Assembly: GCA_027326205.1 (NCBI GenBank)
Contig: DAHWEX010000289.1
Coordinates: 1 to 42,349, forward strand
Length of the DNA: 42,349 nucleotides
Reading direction: 5' to 3'
Source of the DNA: Actinomycetota bacterium
GTDB lineage: Bacteria; Actinomycetota; Actinomycetes; Streptosporangiales; Streptosporangiaceae
Shown: positions 10,383-19,608 of the stretch, piece after piece
Numbering within the stretch: the first letter of the stretch is position 1
How the letters are laid out: every line of letters begins with the position of its first letter
Notes under the pieces: generated by a model
Seen by the model: the letters and a program-made list of their open reading frames with translations, nothing else
The model's database searches: none
What the model was told of the DNA's origin: nothing
Program-made: the position numbers and the translations under genes

Positions 10383-10919
10383 CTAGGCGCTTTCATGAAC
10401 ATGGGCTGTGTCCGTGCGCGGCGATTTGTCCGCGCCGGCGCGGGGATGGTCACCGCCCCGAATCTGGTCAACGGCATGCGCCAGGATCGGCAGCAGCACG
10501 TTCATCCCGTCCCTGACCCCGCCGGAAGATCCGGGCAGGTTGACGATCAGCGTCCGCGCCGCTACCCCGGCCAGGCCACGGGACAAGATCGCCGACGGCA
10601 CCCCGGCCGCCGCGCCCGCGGCGCGCAGCGCCTCGGCGATGCCGGGGATCTCGCGGTCGAGCACGCGCCGCGTCATCTCGGGGGTCTGGTCCGTCGGGGT
10701 CAGCCCGGTCCCGCCCGTGCTGACGACGACGTCGTACCCGGCCGCGACCGCCTCGCGCAGCGTCCGCTCGACGGCCTCCCCGTCCGGTATCACCCGGGGA
10801 CCGTCCACGACGTCACAGCCCGCGGAGCGGAGAAGTTCCGCGAGCACCGGCCCGGACTTGTCCGCGTAGATCCCGGCGGACGCCCGGTTGGACACGGTGA
10901 CCGCCAGCGCGCGGATCAT
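10383..10919 (-). CDS. mogA: Molybdopterin adenylyltransferase, MogA/MoaB family
   Basis: [42 protein letters not shown]. Confidence 0.9.
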   Translation of the reverse strand: MIRALAVTVSNRASAGIYADKSGPVLAELLRSAGCDVVDGPRVIPDGEAVERTLREAVAAGYDVVVSTGGTGLTPTDQTPEMTRRVLDREIPGIAEALRAAGAAAGVPSAILSRGLAGVAARTLIVNLPGSSGGVRDGMNVLLPILAHAVDQIRGGDHPRAGADKSPRTDTAHVHESA

Positions 10920-11401
10920 GCCCGCCGCCAGGTGCCGGACTTGCCGCCATCCTTCGCCTCAAGCCGGACGTCCGTGATGACAGCGCCCTTGTCCACCGAC
11001 TTGATCATGTCGATCAGCGTGAGCGCGGCGACCGAGACGGAGGTCAGCGCCTCCATCTCGACCCCGGTACGGTCGGCGGTGCGCACGGAGGCGGTGATGG
11101 CCACGCCGGAGTCTTCGACCGTGAGGTCGACGCTGACGCCGTGAATGGCCAGCGGATGGCACAGCGGGATCAGGTCGGGCGTCCGTTTCGCGCCGGCGAT
11201 CCCGGCGATCCGCGCGACGGCGAGGGCATCCCCCTTGGGCACGGTCCCGTCCCGCAGCGCCGCCACGGCCGCCGCCGACAGCAGCACCCGTCCCGACGCC
11301 GTGGCCGTCCGCACCGTCACGTCCTTGGCGGAAACGTCCACCATCCGCGCGCGCCCAGCCTCGTCCAGATGGGTCAGCCGCGCCGGTGCCGCATCACTCA
11401 T
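10916..11401 (-). CDS. moaC: Cyclic pyranopterin monophosphate synthase
   Basis: [48 protein letters not shown]. Confidence 0.96.
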   Translation of the reverse strand: MSDAAPARLTHLDEAGRARMVDVSAKDVTVRTATASGRVLLSAAAVAALRDGTVPKGDALAVARIAGIAGAKRTPDLIPLCHPLAIHGVSVDLTVEDSGVAITASVRTADRTGVEMEALTSVSVAALTLIDMIKSVDKGAVITDVRLEAKDGGKSGTWRRA

Positions 11402-11471
11402 GGCGCAAGCCTACGCGCCCTCTCACCGGGTGCTGCACGAGCCCGAGATCCGATGTCCCTGCCGCAGATCC

Positions 11472-11784
11472 GAGTCTGAGTCCGAGTCTGAGTCCGCTTC
11501 AAAATCAAGGTTCACTTCAAAGTCAAGACCTTGGATTCCGGCGGCGCGGGACGCCGGGGAGAGCACCCGGAACCTCCTCCGGAAGGTTCCGGGCCACTCC
11601 CCCCGGCGTCCCCGCTGCTAGGACACGTCCTTGAACCCTCAAGGTCAAGATCCAGGTCAAGGTCAAGGTCACGAGCGCCTGGGGGGGTGGAGGGCTGGAG
11701 GGGTGTGCTGCCGGTGATGCGGTCGGGGCGCTTTCCGGCTGCGGAACGGGTCGTGCTTTGACGGGCTGCAGCCGTTTCCGCAGC
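11472..11784. repeat. Intergenic structured element: hexamer repeats flanking a long GC-rich hairpin, plus a second hairpin
   Basis: (GAGTCY)4 at 11472-11495, hairpin 11537-11623, GGTCAA-type repeats 11643-11672, hairpin 11738-11784. Confidence 0.6.
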
Positions 11785-11885
11785 GGGCGGGGGGACGCGT
11801 GAAACACGGGACCGTTCGGGATGACTGTGAGCGTCAATCCCGGGCAGACCCGCAGTCGCGGGAGGGGCCGGAGGAGCTGGCTGCG

Positions 11886-13160
11886 CTACGGGAGGACGAG
11901 GACCTCTACCCGGGCGCCCGCGGGGAGCTGGGTTTCCGGTTCTGGGACGACGATCAGCGCGTTGGCACGGCCCAGCGAGGCGATCTGGTGCGACTGCTGG
12001 CCCGACAGCGGCGTGACCTCGGTGCCGTTGAGCACGCCGCGCAGGTACGAGCGCCGACCGGACGGCGAGCGCACCGGACCGGTGAGCGTCGCCGCCGTCG
12101 CGGGGAGGTTGAGGTCGTCCGCGCCCTGCAGGGCGGCGAGCGCTGGCCGGGCGAATATCTGGAACGACACGTAGGCGCTGACCGGGTTGCCCGGCAGCGT
12201 GAGGATCGGCGTCTTGTCTCCCCCGCTCTCGCCGCCCTTCCCGTCCGCCCCGATCACGCCGAAACCCTGCGGCATCCCCGGCTGCATCGCGACCTTCCAG
12301 AAGGTCACGGTGCCCAGTTCGCGCAGCGCTGCCTTGACGACGTCGTGCTCGCCGCCCATGGACACGCCGCCGGTGGTGACGAGCAGGTCGGCGCCGGCCA
12401 GCCGTTCCCGCAGGGCGGGCAGCACGCCCGCCGGGTCGTCGCGAACGACCGAGCGCCGGTGGACGACGGCGCCCGCCTCGCGGGCGGCCGCGGCGATCAT
12501 GTAGCTGTTGGAGTCCCAGATCTGGCCGGGCACGAGCGGGGTGCCCGGCTCGGTCAGTTCGTCGCCGGTGGACAGGACCACGACCCGGGGACGGGGGTAC
12601 ACGCTGACCGTGCCGCGCCCGGCGGAGGCCGCGGCCGCGATCTGCATCGGCCGCAGGCGCGTCCCCGCGGTCAGCAGCGTCTCGCCCGCGGCCGCGTCCC
12701 CGCCCACGGAGCGGATCGCGTTGCCCTCGGGTGCCGCACGGTGGATGGCGACCTGGACGGTGCCGCCGTCGGTCCACTCGACCGGCACCACGGCGTCCGC
12801 CCCGGCCGGCAGCCGCGCGCCGGTCATGATCCGGATCGCGGTGCCGGGCTCCAGCCGGTAGGTGCCGGTGTCGCCGGCCGCGATCTCGCCGCTCACCCGC
12901 AGTGCCGCGGGTGACTCCCGGGCGGCGCCCGCGACGTCGGCGGCCCGGACGGCGTACCCGTCCATGCTCGAGTTGTCGAAGGACGGCAGGGCGACCGCCG
13001 CCGTGACGTCCTCCGCCAACACGCATCCCTCGGCCGCCGCCAGCTCAAGGCTGACCGGGACGAGCGGGGTGATCGCCGAAGCGATCACCGCCTGGTACGC
13101 CTCGACCGAGCTCAGCGAGCCGGGAACGGCAACCTCCGGCTGACTGCCTCCTTGCCTCAC
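11886..13160 (-). CDS. moeA: Molybdopterin molybdotransferase MoeA (Glp)
   Basis: PSFDNSSMDGYAV, RIMTGA, VLSTGDEL, DSNS, TTGGVSMG, VAMQPGMPQ, LPGNPVS; GTG 13160 overlaps the galU stop (GTGA). Confidence 0.94.
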   Translation of the reverse strand: MRQGGSQPEVAVPGSLSSVEAYQAVIASAITPLVPVSLELAAAEGCVLAEDVTAAVALPSFDNSSMDGYAVRAADVAGAARESPAALRVSGEIAAGDTGTYRLEPGTAIRIMTGARLPAGADAVVPVEWTDGGTVQVAIHRAAPEGNAIRSVGGDAAAGETLLTAGTRLRPMQIAAAASAGRGTVSVYPRPRVVVLSTGDELTEPGTPLVPGQIWDSNSYMIAAAAREAGAVVHRRSVVRDDPAGVLPALRERLAGADLLVTTGGVSMGGEHDVVKAALRELGTVTFWKVAMQPGMPQGFGVIGADGKGGESGGDKTPILTLPGNPVSAYVSFQIFARPALAALQGADDLNLPATAATLTGPVRSPSGRRSYLRGVLNGTEVTPLSGQQSHQIASLGRANALIVVPEPETQLPAGARVEVLVLP

Positions 13161-14059
13161 CGCACCTCTTCGAGGAACTTGCGGAGCCACGGGATGAACT
13201 CCCCGGCCAGGTCCGGCCGCTCGGACGCGAACGTGACCAAGGTGCGGAGGTAGTCGAGCTTGTTGCCGGTGTCGAACCGCCGGCCGTGGAACAGCACGCC
13301 GCGCAACTCGCCCTTGGCGGCGAGGACCTTCAGCGCGTCGGTCAGCTGTATCTCCCCGCCGCGCCCGGGCTGCGTCTCACGGAGCACGTCGAAGACCTCA
13401 GGGTCGCACACGTAACGACCGATGACGATCCACCGGCTGGGCGCGGTGCCCGGTGCCGGCTTCTCGACCAGGTCTGTGATCATCACCACATCGTCTTCGG
13501 CCGTCGCCTCCACGGCCGCGCAGCCGTACAGCGAGACTTCCTCGGGATCGACCTGCATCAGGGCCACGACGCTGCCGCCGCGGGAGTTCCTGATGTCGAT
13601 CATCCGGGTGAGCAGCGGGTCGCGCGGGTCGATGAGGTCATCGCCGAGCAGTACCGCGAACGGCTCGTTTCCCACGTGCTGCGCCGCGCACAGCACGGCG
13701 TGGCCCAGGCCCCTGGGGTCCCCCTGACGCACGTAGTGCATGGTGGCGAGCTCGCTCGACTCCCGGACGAGACGGAGCTTGTCCCAGTCCTCTTTCGCGG
13801 TGAGCGCCTCCTCGAGCTCGTACGCCCGGTCGAAGTGGTCTTCGATGGAGCGCTTGCTTCGGCCCGTGATAAGCAGGACGTCGTTGAGACCAGCGGTGAC
13901 GGCCTCTTCCACGACATACTGAATAGCGGGCTTGTCGACGACAGGCAGCATTTCCTTGGGCGTCGCTTTTGTCGCCGGAAGGAACCGCGTTCCTAGCCCG
14001 GCGGCGGGGACCACGGCTTTGGTTACTGCTGGCGTCCTGGCATTGCCGGTATCGACCAT
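13157..14059 (-). CDS. galU: UTP-glucose-1-phosphate uridylyltransferase
   Basis: KAVVPAAGLGTRFLPATKATPKEMLP, GLGHAV, VLLGDD, LVEKP, GEIQLTDAL. Confidence 0.96.
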   Translation of the reverse strand: MVDTGNARTPAVTKAVVPAAGLGTRFLPATKATPKEMLPVVDKPAIQYVVEEAVTAGLNDVLLITGRSKRSIEDHFDRAYELEEALTAKEDWDKLRLVRESSELATMHYVRQGDPRGLGHAVLCAAQHVGNEPFAVLLGDDLIDPRDPLLTRMIDIRNSRGGSVVALMQVDPEEVSLYGCAAVEATAEDDVVMITDLVEKPAPGTAPSRWIVIGRYVCDPEVFDVLRETQPGRGGEIQLTDALKVLAAKGELRGVLFHGRRFDTGNKLDYLRTLVTFASERPDLAGEFIPWLRKFLEEVR

Positions 14060-14099
14060 GGCTTAAGCGTAGTGAGTTCTCGGGAGCAAAGTGCACGAC

Positions 14100-14732
14100 A
14101 TGACTACCTCAGATACCCCAGGTGAGCGGCCACACACATCCGCGGCCGAAGATAAGGCCAGCCTGCGCCGTCAGATTGTCGCGGCCCGTGCGGCCATGCT
14201 CGATACCGAGCGCGCCGCCGCGGGGCGGAGCATCAGGGACCATGTGCTGCAACTGCCGGAGGTGGCCGCGGCCGGCACGGTAGCGGCCTACTACTCGACC
14301 GGCACGGAACCGGACACGCACAGCCTCGTCTTCGCCCTGTGGAAGCGCGGTAGCTACGTGGTGCTGCCCCTGCTGCTGCCCGACGGCGACCTTGACTGGG
14401 CCTCCTACGAAGGGCCCGACTCGCTCGTCCCCGGCCCCCGGGGGCTGCTGCAGCCGGCGGAACCGGCCCGCGGCCCCGGGACCGTGGCCCGTGCGGACGT
14501 GGTCCTCGTCCCGGCCCTTGCCGTGGCCGCCAGCGGGACCCGGCTCGGGCGGGGAGGTGGGTCCTACGACCGGGCGCTCGCCCGGGTCCGCGGTCAGGTG
14601 CCGACGATCGGGCTGATCTACGATGAGGAACTGCTTCCGGTCGTGCCGTCCGAACCGCACGACCAGGCGGTCCGCGGCGTCGCCCGGCCCGCGCACGGCA
14701 TCACGTGGCTGCCGCCCGCGGACGGCAGTTGA
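14100..14732 (+). CDS. 5-formyltetrahydrofolate cyclo-ligase
   Basis: KASLR, DVVLVPALA, RLGRGGGSYDRAL, EPHD; divergent from galU as usual in actinomycetes; start could be GTG 14091. Confidence 0.9.
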   Translation: MTTSDTPGERPHTSAAEDKASLRRQIVAARAAMLDTERAAAGRSIRDHVLQLPEVAAAGTVAAYYSTGTEPDTHSLVFALWKRGSYVVLPLLLPDGDLDWASYEGPDSLVPGPRGLLQPAEPARGPGTVARADVVLVPALAVAASGTRLGRGGGSYDRALARVRGQVPTIGLIYDEELLPVVPSEPHDQAVRGVARPAHGITWLPPADGS

Positions 14733-14784
14733 GGCCCAGGTCAGGACCCAGCGCGGAATCAGTGCGGCCTTAGCGCGGTTATCA

Positions 14785-14811
14785 TTAGCAGTCTGCTACT
14801 GCGAGTGCTAA
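14785..14811 (+). promoter_or_regulatory. CIRCE element (HrcA operator)
   Basis: TTAGCAGTC-N9-GAGTGCTAA, one mismatch to the consensus TTAGCACTC-N9-GAGTGCTAA, 37 nt before the FmdB-family gene. Confidence 0.85.
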
Positions 14812-14848
14812 TCTATCGAACCGAATTGGGTTCGCCCTGGGAGGAACC

Positions 14849-15214
14849 GTGCCCACTTACCAGTACGTTTGCACCGAATGCGGCGGGCAGCTCGAGGCGG
14901 TGCAGAAGTTCACCGACGAGCCGCTGACCGTCCACGCCGACTGCGGCGGTCGGCTGCGCAAGGTCTTCTCGCCCGTGGGCATCGTGTTCAAGGGGTCCGG
15001 CTTCTACCGGACCGACAGCCGCAGCGGCGGCGCGTCGGGCACGGTGTCCGGAGCCGCGCCGAAGACCGGGAGTGAAGCGCCGACGTCAGCCGACGCGAAG
15101 CCGGCCGGCGACTCGTCCGCGAAGCCGGGCGGCGACTCCGCCGCGAGCACCGCGTCCTCGTCCTCGTCTACCTCCTCATCCGGTAGCTCCTCATCCGGCG
15201 AAAAGGTGGCCTGA
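14849..15214 (+). CDS. FmdB family zinc-ribbon protein with disordered Ser-rich tail (Rv0991c/Ruc-like)
   Basis: MPTYQYVCTECG, GGRLRKVFSPVGIVFKGSGFYRTDSR, Ser/Ala-rich C-terminus; GGAGG RBS. Confidence 0.9.
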   Translation: MPTYQYVCTECGGQLEAVQKFTDEPLTVHADCGGRLRKVFSPVGIVFKGSGFYRTDSRSGGASGTVSGAAPKTGSEAPTSADAKPAGDSSAKPGGDSAASTASSSSSTSSSGSSSSGEKVA

Positions 15215-15219
15215 CCTCA

Positions 15220-16026
15220 ATGGCGGCGGTCGCGGACATCGGCGTCATCGGCGGATCCGGTTTCTACGAGTTCCTGACCGACGCCGAGGAAGTCACCGTC
15301 GAGACGCCGTTCGGTGAGCCGAGCGAGGCGATTCTTGTCGGCGAGGCGGCGGGCCGCCGGGTGGCCTTCCTGCCGAGGCACGGCAAGGACCACCGGTTCC
15401 CGCCGCACAGGATCCCGTTCCGCGCCAACATGTGGGCGCTGCGCTCGCTTGGCGTGCGGCGGATCCTCGCCCCGAGCGCGGTCGGCTCGCTCACCGCGTC
15501 CTACGGGCCCGGCACGCTGGTCATCCCCGACCAACTCGTCGACCGGACCAGGGGCCGCACGCAGACCTTCTTCGACGAGTTCGCGGTGCACACCCCGTTC
15601 GCCGACCCCTACTGCCCGTCGGGCCGGACGCACTCCATCGCGGCCGCGAGGAAGGCCGGCTGGGTGCCGGCCGGCTCGGGAACCCTTGTCGTCATCGACG
15701 GCCCGCGCTTCTCGACCCGGGCCGAGTCGCAGTGGTACGCGGCCCAGGGCTGGACGCTGATCGGCATGACCGGGCACCCGGAAGCGGTACTCGCCCGCGA
15801 GCTGGCCATGTGCTACACCACGCTGGCGCTGATAACCGACACCGACGCGGGCGTGGAAGAGGGCGAAGGCGTCACGCAGGCCGAAGTATTCGAGGTGTTC
15901 GGGAAGAACATGGCCCGACTGCGCGAGCTAGTGGGGAAGATCATCGCCGCCTTTCCCGCGGACCGCGAGGACGACCTGTGCGCCCATGCACTCGACGGCA
16001 TCCGGCTGCCGTTTGACCTGCCCTAG
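15220..16026 (+). CDS. mtnP: S-methyl-5'-thioadenosine phosphorylase
   Basis: IGVIGGSGFY, TPFGEPS, FLPRHG, SAVGSL, PDQLVDRT, GPRFSTRAES, IGMT, EAVLARE, TDTDAG. Confidence 0.92.
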   Translation: MAAVADIGVIGGSGFYEFLTDAEEVTVETPFGEPSEAILVGEAAGRRVAFLPRHGKDHRFPPHRIPFRANMWALRSLGVRRILAPSAVGSLTASYGPGTLVIPDQLVDRTRGRTQTFFDEFAVHTPFADPYCPSGRTHSIAAARKAGWVPAGSGTLVVIDGPRFSTRAESQWYAAQGWTLIGMTGHPEAVLARELAMCYTTLALITDTDAGVEEGEGVTQAEVFEVFGKNMARLRELVGKIIAAFPADREDDLCAHALDGIRLPFDLP

Positions 16027-16365
16027 CCGCGACCGCCCGGTGCCGCCCGGTGCCGCCAGGGATTCTCAGAGTTCACAGGTCAGGCAATTACCGACCTAAC
16101 GCCGCACGGTAAGGTCAATCCCGTGACTGATTTCTCCACGGTCGCGTCGGCCGCCGGTGGCGTGTGCGCGGGCACGACACGGCACCCCTTCCGTCCCGGT
16201 TCGCATGCGTAACGTTCCGACGGCTCACGGCGTTCCAGAAGCCATGGGGTACTGTGCGCGGGTGGGGCGCCCTCCCGCGCTCGTTCACCGTCCGGTTAAC
16301 CCTCCGTTCGGCACGGGGCCGCGTATCACGACCACCGTGCCCAGAATCGAAGCGACGAGCATTCC

Positions 16366-16845
16366 GTGGCTGACTCTGACTGGCCACTGACATCCGATCT
16401 CGGCCCGCTAGGGGCCCTGCCCACGGTTCCACGCCTCGCCCGTGGCTTTGTCAGCGTGACCCTCAGCGGCTGGGGGCTCGACGCGCTGAGCGACGTGACC
16501 GAGTTGCTCGTCAGCGAGCTGAGCACGAACGTCGTGCGGGCGTCCACGGAGCCCGACGGCCAGCTGAGGTACGACGACGAGGGCAGGCTCCCGCTGCTGT
16601 GGATCCGCCTGCTCTGCGACCGTGAGCGGCTGCTGATCGAGGTGTGGGATACCCTCCCGGCGGCGTTCGGCGCTCCTGTGGCCCGTCACCCAGGCCCGGA
16701 GGAGGAGTCAGGACGGGGCCTGGAGATCATCGAGACGCTGGCCGAGGACTGGGGCTGGGAGACGGTCGCCGGCTGGTCGGGCAAGAAGGTCTGGGCCATG
16801 CTCAAGGTCATCCTGTTATCCCTGTACCCCGGTGTCCCTGGGTGA
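16366..16845 (+). CDS. RsbW/AbaA-like HATPase_c ATP-binding regulatory protein
   Basis: ARGFV, LLVSELSTNVVR, LLIEVWD, ESGRGLEII, WG, GKKVWA. Confidence 0.85.
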   Translation: MADSDWPLTSDLGPLGALPTVPRLARGFVSVTLSGWGLDALSDVTELLVSELSTNVVRASTEPDGQLRYDDEGRLPLLWIRLLCDRERLLIEVWDTLPAAFGAPVARHPGPEEESGRGLEIIETLAEDWGWETVAGWSGKKVWAMLKVILLSLYPGVPG

Positions 16846-16870
16846 TCGGTGTCCCTGGGGGGCCCGAGCG

Positions 16871-18727
16871 TCAGCGGTGGACGGAAGCCTTGGTGGCGTA
16901 GTTCTGCGGAACCTGGAAGATCGTCACGCCGCCAACCGTGGTGGCGGGCAGGTTGATCCCGTTCGCGGCGAAGTTGTACATCCAGTGCTCCGACCACGCG
17001 CGCTCGACGATGATCGCGCCGATGTGCTCGCGCTTGACCCACGCCCTGAAGGCCGCGACCCGTTCCCCGCCAATCTTGCCGGGGAGGTGGCTCAGGTTGG
17101 ACACCTGGTCCGGCAGCGCGTCCTCGTTGGAGAGCGACGCGTTGATGAAGCCGCCCGCGATGTTGAAGTAGAAGCCCGTGTAGGCCTGGAACATCATCCC
17201 GGCGTTGCCGCGGTGGGAGACGACCACGACCCGCTCCCCCGGCTTCACGTACCGCTGGTACGTGCCCTGGGTGAAGAACGCCGGTATGTTGTCGGTGACG
17301 GGCAGGGACGGCAGCGCCTGCACCCACTTCTGGTGCGACGGCGTGGGCGGGGTCACCACGGAGGCCAGCGTTGGCACGTTCGCGAAGATCGCGAAGAGCG
17401 ACAGCATGGCCAGTGCCCAGCGGGCCGCCACCGCCAGCCAGTGCCCGGTGACCCGAGCGAGCCAGATCGCCATCACCAGCGCGAGCACCAGCTGGCCGAA
17501 GTCCAGGAGGCGCTGCGGTTCGGCGCTGTTCAGGATCGGCAGGCTCCAGATCTTGCCCCACGGCAGGGGCACGACCGTCTTGCTGTCCACGATCAGGCTC
17601 TGCCCGAGAGAGAGCAGGAAGATGACCACGTACAGCGGGACCAGCAGCCGGACCAGCCGACTGGACCAGTGGAAGACGCCCACCAGGGCGAACAGCAGCA
17701 GCAGCGGGACGCCCACGTAGATGGTGGGCGTCAGGTCGTGGCCCGCGGTGGGCGCCAGCCACTTCATCCCGAGCAGCCGGTTGAACCGCGGCACCACCAC
17801 GCCGACCAGGTCCACCCAGAACTGCGGCTCTGGCGTGTGAAAGGACTTGGGCCGGTTGCGCAGCGCCTCGTACAGGTACGGCGCCGCCAGGACGATGGCG
17901 CCCGCGTAGGCGATCGCGGAGTCGACGGCGAGCCGGACCACCCGGGGCCGGGTGTCCCTGGCGGCGGCGAAGTAGCCGATGACCAGGGTGATGACCGCGA
18001 GCATGGTCAGGTCGGCGAACGCCTCGACGAAGGTGTAGAACTCGGCGGCGAGGGCGAGCGTCATCCAGATCAGGAAGGGACGCCGCCCGAGCGACCCGTC
18101 CCACCAGCGCAGGATGATGTAGCAGATCAGCGGGATCAGCACCGTCACCGTGAGGTTCGGCTGGCCCGAGGCCTCGTGCGAGATCTCGTAGGCGCAGAAG
18201 CCGAAGACGGGCCCCGCGAGGAGGGCCGGCCAGAACCGGCCGGTCAGCCGGCGGGCGAGGACGAACGTCGCCCAGGCTGAGGCCGGCGGGGCGAGGATCA
18301 GCGACAGGTTGAACGCGGCGATCGGCCCGACCGCGGCCGTGACCGGCCACATGAGCAGCGACAGCGTGGGGGTGGTCGTCGCCCACGCGAGGCTGTAGCC
18401 GGCGACTCCGTTCGTCTGGGTGATGTTCGTGGTGAACAGCGGGTTCAGCCCGTGCGTGAGGGCATACGGCCACCACCGGATGGCCCAGATGTAGAAGTTC
18501 GCGTCGACCTGAGCCTGCTGCACGTGCGGCACGCTCAGATTCGGGAGCAGCGGCAACGCCAGGCCCACGATCATGCCGACGAGGTAGATCACGAACGCGA
18601 TCAGCCCCTGCATTACCGGCCCGGGAGCACGCCAACTCCAGCCGCGCTTGCGCGCGCCGGGCTCCCCGGACTCTTCAGTGGCGTCCGCTTGCCCCCCAGC
18701 GCGAATCACTGGTGCTGCCCACCGCAC
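16871..18727 (-). CDS. Polytopic membrane protein, probable GT-C-type glycosyltransferase
   Basis: About 11-13 hydrophobic segments, luminal loop D-ANFYIW...WWPYAL...NPLFT, C-terminal soluble domain with GGF; neighbours a GT2 and a methyltransferase. Confidence 0.65.
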   Translation of the reverse strand: MRWAAPVIRAGGQADATEESGEPGARKRGWSWRAPGPVMQGLIAFVIYLVGMIVGLALPLLPNLSVPHVQQAQVDANFYIWAIRWWPYALTHGLNPLFTTNITQTNGVAGYSLAWATTTPTLSLLMWPVTAAVGPIAAFNLSLILAPPASAWATFVLARRLTGRFWPALLAGPVFGFCAYEISHEASGQPNLTVTVLIPLICYIILRWWDGSLGRRPFLIWMTLALAAEFYTFVEAFADLTMLAVITLVIGYFAAARDTRPRVVRLAVDSAIAYAGAIVLAAPYLYEALRNRPKSFHTPEPQFWVDLVGVVVPRFNRLLGMKWLAPTAGHDLTPTIYVGVPLLLLFALVGVFHWSSRLVRLLVPLYVVIFLLSLGQSLIVDSKTVVPLPWGKIWSLPILNSAEPQRLLDFGQLVLALVMAIWLARVTGHWLAVAARWALAMLSLFAIFANVPTLASVVTPPTPSHQKWVQALPSLPVTDNIPAFFTQGTYQRYVKPGERVVVVSHRGNAGMMFQAYTGFYFNIAGGFINASLSNEDALPDQVSNLSHLPGKIGGERVAAFRAWVKREHIGAIIVERAWSEHWMYNFAANGINLPATTVGGVTIFQVPQNYATKASVHR

Positions 18728-18754
18728 GAATCAAAACCTCTCATCTACCAGCGA

Positions 18755-19450
18755 TCACGGCCGCCGGGCACGCAGGAACAAGGTAACGCCGGGCAGCGAC
18801 TTCACCGGCAGGTAACGCTCCGCCACGATAATCGCCGTCAGTCCCGTGTTGATGATGGGGTTCACGTCGTCCAGGTCGCTGCCTTCCGACGACTTGCGAC
18901 GCAGCTTGACCACCGGGCGCAGGAGCACGTTCCAGCTCCACACGTCCTCGATCACCAAGCCGCCCTTGGCGATAACTTCCGTCAGGGAATGCCTATCGTA
19001 CCGGCGAACGTGATTGACCGCTTCGTCATGCGCCGACCACAGCGCCATGTCGGCGGGTACCGCGATCAGCGCCGTGCCGCCCGGGCGGAGCACCCGGGTG
19101 ATCTCGGCCGTGGCGAGGTAGTCCTCTTCGATGTGCTCCAGCACGTCGAAGGCGGTCACCAGGTCGAGGGACCCGGTCCGCAGCGGGAGTTCCCTGGCGT
19201 CGCCGCGCACCACGTCGATGCCGCGCTCGCGCGCGACCTGGGCGGCCGTCGGCGCGTACTCCAGGGCGACGGAACGCCACCCGTGCGCGCGCAGTACTCT
19301 CGTGTTGCCGCCGCCCGCGGCACCGATGTCCAGGGCGAGGCCTGGCTTGGGCAGGCGGCGCAGCTCCCTGGCGAGCAGGCTCCGGCGTTCCTTGTACCAC
19401 CAGTGCCTGTCCTCGACCTCGGCGAGAGTCCTCAGTTCGGCTGCTTCCAT
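18755..19450 (-). CDS. Class I SAM-dependent methyltransferase
   Basis: EDRHWWY, LDIGAAGGGN, DLVTAFDVLEH, LRPGG, WSAHD...HVRRY; ATG 19450 preferred to the ORF-track start at 19552. Confidence 0.9.
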   Translation of the reverse strand: MEAAELRTLAEVEDRHWWYKERRSLLARELRRLPKPGLALDIGAAGGGNTRVLRAHGWRSVALEYAPTAAQVARERGIDVVRGDARELPLRTGSLDLVTAFDVLEHIEEDYLATAEITRVLRPGGTALIAVPADMALWSAHDEAVNHVRRYDRHSLTEVIAKGGLVIEDVWSWNVLLRPVVKLRRKSSEGSDLDDVNPIINTGLTAIIVAERYLPVKSLPGVTLFLRARRP

Positions 19451-19608
19451 GGTGCTAACTTCTATCATGTGGACAGCGATGCGACGTGCTGATCTGAAGG
19501 CTTCCAGAGGGTTACGCCCGTAAACCAGCGCCTCGTACCTTGTAGGCTCCACCTGTCACCGACAAGCCCCGGCGTCAGCGACGCTCGCGCGGGAACGCGG
19601 AGAAACTC

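Noticed and set aside
11472-11672. Repeat cluster as a CRISPR array or molybdenum-cofactor riboswitch
   Set aside because: No repeat-spacer structure; the G-U pairs favour the strand opposite moaC, which appears to be leaderless
11512-13026. 504-aa minus-strand ORF with a DLDLDL tract
   Set aside because: Alternative frame of moeA that runs into the hexamer repeats; Arg/Gly-rich off-frame composition
16033-16057. (CCGCCCGGTG) 2.5-copy tandem repeat after mtnP
   Set aside because: Short GC-rich slippage repeat with no supporting context
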